Below are positions 39,150 to 64,000 of a stretch of DNA of 64,000 nucleotides, piece after piece (position 1 is the first letter of the stretch; each line of letters begins with the position of its first letter). The position numbers and the translations under genes are program-made. The stretch is taken from NCBI RefSeq assembly GCF_009914755.1, contig NC_060925.1, one strand, 5' to 3'. The DNA is from the human T2T-CHM13v2.0 reference genome, Homo sapiens. Under the pieces are notes generated by a model. It worked only from the letters and a program-made list of their open reading frames with translations. It searched no databases and was not told where the DNA came from.

Positions 39150-39960
39150 ACAAAAATAAGCTGAACTTTAACAGATAAATTTTATGGTGTGTAAATAATA
39201 CTTCAAAAAGCTATTGGAAATAAATAAATAAAGCCAGCATCCTGACTCCCAGGAGTCCTCAAAGGACAACTGAACTTTGATGAAGCCAGTAGAGACCAGG
39301 TTCTTGAGAAACCCAACTTTATCTCAACCCTCAAAAATCCTCACAGAATGTGAACTCATAGCCAAAAATCAAAAGTACATACAATAGCAAGGTATTATAA
39401 CAAAGAGCTTCAGAAATAACAAATAGCAAAGTCTGACCTGCAAAGACTTCAGGTATTTGAATAAGATACAAAAATATAAAATAATATATTTAATATTTTT
39501 ACAGAAATAAAAGAAAAGATTGGGTGTACGAGCAAGAAACAAGACCATAAGAAAGACCAAGCGAATTTGAAAAAAAAAAATAGAACTTGTAAAAATGCAT
39601 TAATAAGTGGATTAAGAAACACATTAAACATAACTCAAAAAAAGAATTAAAATATATGTAAGTATAGTTTGTCAATGTACAAATAAAAAGTAAGATTTTT
39701 CAAGAAAATATTTTTTAAAAGAATTAGTTATTTGGAAGAGATAGATTAGGTAACAGATTAATGCTGCCAAAGAGCGAATTAGAGAACTGGAAGACAGATC
39801 TAAATAAATAATCATAAGGATTAATGCAGACATACAAGGAGCTAGAATATATGAACAACACATAAAATGTACTAGAAAGATATAATAAAGAGAATGTGGA
39901 AAAGGCACTATTTGAAGAGCTCAAGACTGAGATTTTCCAGAATAATTGGGTGACTACAAA
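39150..39960 (+). mobile_element. Ancient L1M fragments
   Basis: A-rich ORF1-like relic (gaattagagaactggaagacagatc; tatttgaagag...gattttccagaa). Confidence 0.55.
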
Positions 39961-40768
39961 ACTTCAATCATGAAATTAAAAGCCCATTACCTAGAAAGAA
40001 TTCTTACTTGTACACTATATAGTACTTGGCCAAGTTACAATGAAGGCGTTTTCTACTGTTTTTAGAGGCAATCAGGTTATGAAGGAACTATGGCACTTAC
40101 ATAACATTATATTTCTTGGGCTTCAAAAGCAGATAATATTATGAAAAACATTCTGCACAGTTTGCATTTTCCTCACTCACCAAATCCATAGGTTTTTTTC
40201 CAAATTACTTCACTGTTTTTAGTAAAAACTGAAACAGACTGGACTCTAGGTTTTAGGTAATGTTGAAATCCCTGGAGATCTTCAGTGTCTGGTACAATAT
40301 TAGACACAGTAGTGATGGCATAAGAAAGGTTGTTGACTGACAACCAGCATGATCAGGTTAGCAATAATGGGAGATAAGGAAGTTTATTGAAAGTGACATC
40401 TGAAAGAAACCAACCTAACAGTGTCTTCCCAGACCTTGAAATAAAATTGGATTTAGCAAATATCATTCTAATACAGATGTCCCCCAACCACCTTACAGGA
40501 AAAGCTCAGGTTGTAGTAAGAATAATCTTAGCTAACATTTATGAATCACTTACTATTACCAGGCACTGTGCTAAGTGTAATAAGGAGAAGAAAAAAGGAA
40601 TGATTTTAAATCCTACTCAACAAACTGTCTTTAGCCCTACATAACTGAAAACAATTTGCTTACATTCTCTAAATGCATCAGTGAATCCTACTGGTATGTT
40701 TCTATTATTAGTTGTAATACCAAAAAGTCTCACAGGTAAATAAATAAGTAAATAAATAAAATTATTTT

Positions 40769-41047
<279 letters not shown>

Positions 41048-41056
41048 TTACTTTAA

Positions 41057-41443
<387 letters not shown>

Positions 41444-41541
41444 GATAATTTTTAAAAAAACTTTTAAAAATTGACAAAAAGGTTGGGGTTGTTGAAATCC
41501 TTTTTTCTGAACACAGGAAGAAAATATATAAAACAAAATGA

Positions 41542-41679
41542 GAACAGGCACAGTGGTTCATGCCTGTAATCCCAGCACTTTGGGAGGCCGAGGTGGATGG
41601 ATTCCCAGGCCGAGGTGGGTACACTCCAGCCTGGGCAACAAGAGCAAAACTTCATCTCAAAATAATAATAATAATAATA
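41542..41679 (+). mobile_element. Internally deleted Alu with (AAT)n tail
   Basis: Left-arm 5' end joined to right-arm 3' end through a short filler. Confidence 0.85.
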
Positions 41680-41770
41680 CCAATGGAGGAATGGGTAAGA
41701 AAAATATTTCTTCATTTAACCTGCAGAAAGCTGTGAATCTACCAAATACAGCATAGTCTTGGCCTCAGGG

Positions 41771-41955
41771 CAGTGAGTTTCAAACTTTAGGGTACACCAG
41801 CATCACCAATAAGCTTATTAAAAATATAGATTCTTGAGCCCAACTGGAAGAATTCTGATGTAGCAGGTTTGGAATAAGTCCTAGAATTCTGCCTTTTTTG
41901 CAGGCACCACAGGTAATTGGGCAGGTGGTACAGAGTCCTCCTCCCAAAACTCTGT
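41771..41955. mobile_element. MER5-family hAT MITE
   Basis: cagtgagtttcaaacttt...catcacc...gattcttgagccc...ttctgatg. Confidence 0.6.
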
Positions 41956-42265
41956 CTTAGGATAGAGACACAAGCCTTCCCCTTTTCTATGAATCCTGAG
42001 AATTGTGAACAGTTCTAGTGCAACCACAGAGGTAATCTGATTTACAAGGGTTCAGTTTGGTCTGGATCCTCTGATCTGGAACTATTATAGTTATCATTGT
42101 GATTATCAGAGAGACAGATTAGGGGCAGCATTATTTCCAGGCATGATGTAAACTGCTATTTATTATGATGGCAGCTTTAATAATTGATGCAAAAGTATGC
42201 ATTAAAGAAATTATTTTCATATGTCTATCTACTCCTTCCCTGATTCACAAAGAAATTGGTCTCAC

Positions 42266-42295
42266 CTTTTTATAGTTGTTATGGTAGTGGGCCAT
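42266..42295 (-). pseudogene. UOX: UOX exon 1 coding part (MAHYHNNYKK)
   Basis: ATG in strong context (aaaATGG) at 42295; donor AAG|gtgag. Confidence 0.95.
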
Positions 42296-43028
42296 TTTAT
42301 TTTGGTTTTCTACTTCAGATTCAGCTTCGAGAATGAGAAAGCATAGTTTGGGCAAAATAGATGTTTGTAACATTTTTTATTAACCTGAAGAGTGGGTGAT
42401 CAATATGTTTACCTATTGCATAGCAGCCTGAAGCACCACATTGAGTGGCTAAAACCAGGAAGATGGAGAGAATATGTAAACATCTTTGGTAAAATACAGT
42501 TAAATTTACTGTTACTTTGAAGCAACCCTTTGAAGTATCCCTTAGCAACTGGTTCCTTAAGACAGAGATTATTAAGTGACAGATCCTAATTATTACTAAG
42601 ACATAAGGTTTTATCATTTCTGTTTAATGTACGAACCACCTGCATTTGCTCTCATTCATTGAGTCAAACAGGAGAAGACATGAAATATATTTAACATCTA
42701 CTTATTAAAATGAAGTCCCCCTGCCCAATGAATTTCATACAACAATGTTCACTCCAAAGAGTGAACTATCTTTCCCTATTTTTCTGCAGAACTTTTTGAT
42801 GACTTTGCAAACCAGTCAACAATTCAGCACAAAGGCATCCAGAGTCACGCTGGCATGTTGTGACAGAATCGCACAATTACATGGGATCCATCCCACTCTG
42901 AAAATGCCCCGAACAGCGAACAGCACAGGTAAATCAAATCAAACGTCAGAGCCAGCACAGCCTGAGAGCGCCTTGAAACTCAGACTCCACAATCTATGGG
43001 GAAAGTGTCCTGCTGTGGCATGAAATAA
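42296..43028. promoter_or_regulatory. Shared head-to-head promoter and 5' UTR region of UOX and DNASE2B
   Basis: 733 bp of apparently repeat-free sequence between divergent ATGs. TATA-like TAATAAAAAA on - strand at 42373-42382; ATCAAT 42399-42404; TGTTTAC 42406-42412; near-palindrome 42496-42512. Confidence 0.8.
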
Positions 43029-59304
<16,276 letters not shown>

Positions 59305-59420
59305 ACTTGGTGAAAGGACACAGGTACTATCATTGAAAACCTTGACAATGGGTCTTCTTCCATTACACCTTCTTTATATTTTAAAGGCCTGTGAATATAC
59401 TTATAACCTGCATATCACAA

Positions 59421-59426
59421 AATAAA
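59421..59426 (+). terminator. DNASE2B polyadenylation signal
   Basis: AATAAA 117 nt after the stop, followed by T-rich sequence. Confidence 0.8.
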
Positions 59427-60097
59427 ACATTTTTCTCTCATGTTTACCATTTAATCTTCTATTTAATGGTAATTTATTTACTTTGCACTATATATCATAG
59501 ACATAAACCATTATACACAACTGAGAACAGAAGAAATAAAAAGAAAAATATTTTTCCACATTAGTCAACTCCAATTGTTTATGGATTGACTGGCCACCTA
59601 GTAGATTACATTTCCTCTCCTTCACAAAGACTTCCCTGACTCTCTTCCCCACCCTTTTTTGAAGAAAAGCAAATAACTCTCTCTGCGTATTCTTCCATAC
59701 TATTTGATCATATTGCTCCTAAAGTTCTTTCTCACTGGTTTATGGTTAAGACTTATTTGTCATTCTTTCAGCTACTACTTACTAATTGGATGATCTTGAG
59801 CCATTCACTTGGATTCTCTGAACCTTGTTTTTTTTAATCTATGAAAGGGAGATAATAGCTAGGTATGTTCAAGTACCTAGCACAGAGCCCGGCACATAGA
59901 TGACACTTAAAAATAATGGTGGCATTTGAGTTTGAATTCCAGCAAAAAAAAGACAAATAAGTTTCAGAAATGAGTGATATTTTACAAGAAGAATGTTAAA
60001 GTCACATTAGGAGAAAAAAAACTGCATAAGTGTGACTCATCAACTTGAAGGAAATAAAGAAGTGTAACATAATGAAACCAGAATCAAATGCAATAGT

Positions 60098-60230
60098 CTT
60101 TTTTTTTTTTAATAATAGAGATGAGGTCTTGCTTTGTTGCCCAGGCTGGTCTTGAACTGGGCTCAAGCAATCCTCCCACGTTGGCTTCCCAAAGTGCTGG
60201 GATTACAGGAATGAGCCACTGCACCCAGCC
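60098..60230 (-). mobile_element. Alu monomer (FLAM-like)
   Basis: Single left arm; TSD aaatgcaata(g/a)tctt. Confidence 0.85.
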
Positions 60231-60468
60231 AAATGCAATAATCTTAATTTCAATGTGTTTCTTTTTCTGGCATTCTTATCACTACTTGTAACTGTTATAT
60301 AAATGGATAATAATAAACTTGTGTTAAGTACTAATTGCTTAATAATATTTGACATATGTGTTGTTCACAATTTCAAGCAGCTTACAACCTAGAAAAAGTA
60401 ATCACAACAATAATAAAGCTAGCGCTTACTGAACACTTACTATGTAATAAGTATTCAACTCATAGTAA

Positions 60469-60784
<316 letters not shown>

Positions 60785-61829
60785 GATTAATTACATTTTT
60801 ATTTAATCTTCATAACAATTCTATGTAGTAGGAACTGTTATTATCCCCATTTTACTGACAAGGAAATTGAGGCCTACAGAGTTTTAGGAACTTGCCTAGT
60901 ATCATAGAGGTCCATCTTACCTCTGAGGCTATCGATCTTAATATCTCAATACCAACCAAAATTCATGGCACTAGTTCAATGACAAACAGAGAAAAAACTA
61001 ACTTGGTTTTCCTGTCAGGAGCAAGCATAAACTATGTTGTATGCTATCTAGCTAACTAACATTCTTGCAAATATAAAGAGGCCTGAAAAAAATTATTTGG
61101 CCTCTGAGAGAGCATCTGAGGCCAAAAAAGCATAAGTAATCCAAATAATATAAGAGAAAAATTTTAAAGTACAAGATCCTGACTTTAAAAGTAAAGAGGG
61201 CCAAAACTTGATCCAATGGTAAATAGAGAGATGAATGAAAAGGCAAAAAAAAAAAGCAAAAGTGAAGAAATTCTATTGGACTGAAAATACATAATAGGTA
61301 GGAGCCTTCTCCCCTGAATCTGAAGGAGAGGAGAATCATAATTAGATTCGTGTAATTAAGAGTGTAGGAGTATAACAAAGAAAAAGAACATGCTGGCCCA
61401 CTGGAGACACACATTACGGATGTGCTGAAGGGGAAATAGGAAGTGGCCAGACTCTCCTTGAGGAAGAAAAAAATGCTGGAAAGGAATTGAACAGTCCTGG
61501 TAGCTCAAGAATACCTAATACTTACCGTGGGAGGGGTGTTGGTATATTTTGGTGATGGTAACTCCTTGTTGTAGAACCTAAAGGCAACCACAGTAAACCA
61601 AAGAGGGCTAATCTTTCTCAGGCATATGCCCAGGACGGCTACCCAGTCATGCTGATACCTGCAGGGAGACTGAGGAACTATCTTTGGGAATAATATCACT
61701 GGAGGGAAACTGATATATTTTAGAAAACGGGATAATTTTATTGATTCCCTTTAGGAAAAACGAGGAGAATATGGGAGATATTAATGAATGAAATTTAAGT
61801 TCTAAATCATGATTTTAAATACCGGAATG

Positions 61830-62000
61830 AAATTAACCAGGCATGGTGGTGAGTGCCTGTAGTCCTAGCTACTCAGGAGGCTGAGGTAGGAGGATCCTTT
61901 GAGCCGAGGTGTTTGAGGTTACAGTGAGCTATGATCACACCACTGCACTCCAGCTTAGGCAACAGAGCAAGACCTTGTCTCAAAACAGAAACAAAAACAA
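61830..62000 (+). mobile_element. Alu right monomer (FRAM/AluJ-like)
   Basis: gaggatcctttgagcc...gtgagctatgatcac. Confidence 0.8.
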
Positions 62001-62468
62001 ACCCCCTCCAAAACTAGAATGACGTATTTCACTTAATGTAATGTCCTCCAGGCTTATACATGCTGTTGCACATGACAGGATCTCATCCCTTTTTATAGCT
62101 GAATAGTATTCCACTGTGTATATATACCACATTTTCTTTATCCATTCTTCCATTAATGGGCATTTAGGTTGATTCCACATCTTGGCTATTGTGAATAGTA
62201 CTGCAATAAACATGGGAGTGTAGATGTCTCTTTGATATTCTAATTTCATTTTCTTTGGATATATACCTAGTAGTGGGATTGCTGAATCATACAGTAGAGC
62301 TACTTTTAATTTTTTGAGAAACTTCCATACTGTTTTCCATAATAGCTGTACTGATTTACATTCCCACCAACAGTGTGTAAGAGTTTCCCTTTCTCCTCAT
62401 CATCACCAGCATTCATTATTTTTTGTCTTTTTGATAATAGCCATTTTAACTGGGGTAAGATGATATCA

Positions 62469-62780
<312 letters not shown>

Positions 62781-62831
62781 GGATGATATCTCATTGTGGT
62801 TTTGATTTGCATTTTTCTGATGGTTAGTGAC

Positions 62832-63191
62832 TGATATGGTTTGGCCATATCCCCACTCAAATCTTGAATTGTAGCTCCTATAATTCCCATGTGTTGTGGG
62901 AGGGATCCAGTGAGAGGTAACATAATCATGAGGGTGGGTCTTTCCCATGCTGTTCTAATGATAGTGAATAAGTCTTAAGAGATCTGATGGTTTTATAAAT
63001 GGCAGTTCCCCTGCACACGCTGTCTTGCCTGCTGCCAGGTGAGACATGACTTTGCTCGTCCTTTGCCTTCCACCATCATTATGAGGCCTCGCCAGCCAAG
63101 TGGAACTGTGAGTCCGTTAAACCTCTTTTTCTTTATAAGTTGCCCAGTCTCTGGTATGTCTTTATGAGCAGCATGAGAACAGACTAACACA
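62832..63191 (+). mobile_element. THE1 solo LTR inserted in L1
   Basis: tgatatggtttggc...caaatcttgaattgtagctcc...cagactaacaca; 5-bp TSD gtgac/atgac. Confidence 0.9.
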
Positions 63192-63669
63192 ATGACATTG
63201 AGCATTTTTTCATGTACCTGGTGGCCCTCTGTATGTCTTCTTTGGAGAAAAGACTACTCAAGTCTTTTGCCCATTTTTAAATCAGATTATGTTTTTTACT
63301 AATGAGTTGAATTCCTTATAAATACTGGATATTAATCCCTTGTCAGGTGTATAATTCACAAATATTTTCTCCTATTCTGCAGGCTGTCTGTTCACTTTAC
63401 TGATTTGTTTCCTTTGCTATAAAGAAGCTTTTTGGTTTGATGTAGTCCCAATTGTTTATTTTTGTTTCTGTTGCTCATGCTTTTGAGGCCTAGTGTAAAA
63501 ACATCCCTGCCCAGACTGATGTTGTGTAGTGTTTCTCCTGAATTTTCTTCTAGTAATTTCATAGTTTTGGGCCTTACATTTGAATCTTTAATTTATTTTG
63601 AGTGGATTTTTATATAGTAAGAAATAGGGGTCAAATTTCATTCTTTTGCATGTTGATATTCAGTCTTCC

Positions 63670-64000
63670 AAGTGAAATAAGCTAGGCACATTAAGACAAA
63701 TACTACACAATCTCACTCATACATGAAATCTAAAAAACTTGATCTCATAGAAGTTGACAGTAGAATAGTGGTTACCAGAGACTGGGAAGAATGTGGGAAT
63801 GGAGGAGATGGGAAGAGGTTGGTCAATGGGAACAATGTTACAGTTAGGAGGAGTAAGTTCTGGTGTTCTGTTTGTGGAGTAGAATGACTATAGCTAATAA
63901 AAATGTATTGTATATTTCAAATAGCTAGAAGAGAGGATTTTGAATGCTCTCACAGTAAAGAAATGATAAATGTTTAAGGTGATGAATATGCTGATTACCA
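63670..64000 (+). mobile_element. L1MA 3' end in forward orientation
   Basis: aagtgaaataagctaggcac...atctcactcat...gtagaatagtggttaccagag...gctagaagagaggattttgaatg. Confidence 0.85.

Noticed and set aside
42790-42830. Maf/MARE-like (tgatgactttgca, tcagca) and HSE-like motifs for lens expression
   Set aside because: Matches are too degenerate to support from sequence alone
42745-43023. 92-aa ORF spanning the DNASE2B promoter
   Set aside because: Probably upstream of the TSS, out of frame with the CDS, and without recognisable homology
61519-61545. ATACTTACC-TGG-AGGGG resemblance to the U1 snRNA 5' end
   Set aside because: Similarity stops after ~20 nt; better explained as a - strand consensus splice donor

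Overview
This window looks like human (hominoid) genomic DNA from the UOX/DNASE2B locus (chr1p22, recognised from the encoded proteins). It holds two head-to-head genes whose start codons are 733 bp apart. (1) The unitary urate oxidase pseudogene UOX lies on the - strand with 8 exons (42295 to 9900, 915 nt = 304 codons + stop, no frameshifts). It carries TGA at codons 33 and 187, an AG>AA intron-2 acceptor, and an intact C-terminal SRL. (2) The intact acid nuclease gene DNASE2B (DLAD) lies on the + strand with 6 coding exons (43029 to 59304, 361 aa, two HxK motifs). The rest is mostly interspersed repeats: a decayed ERVL-class provirus, solo LTRs, Tigger2, hAT MITEs, Alus, a 7SL retrocopy, L1/L2/MIR and microsatellites. 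Repeat subfamily names are from memory and need RepeatMasker confirmation. The head-to-head arrangement and the UOX lesions are known. The less obvious observations are: an in-frame uORF whose stop abuts the DNASE2B start; a derived strong-Kozak Met219 in UOX opening an 86-aa stop-free, PTS1-bearing frame; two near-perfect unique-sequence doublets (48 and 138 bp) bracketing UOX exons 8 and 7; a 7SL retrocopy that builds a + strand terminal-exon architecture; tandem splice donors; and a twin-primed L1. I see no clear evidence of a wholly new multi-gene system; these are testable hypotheses.
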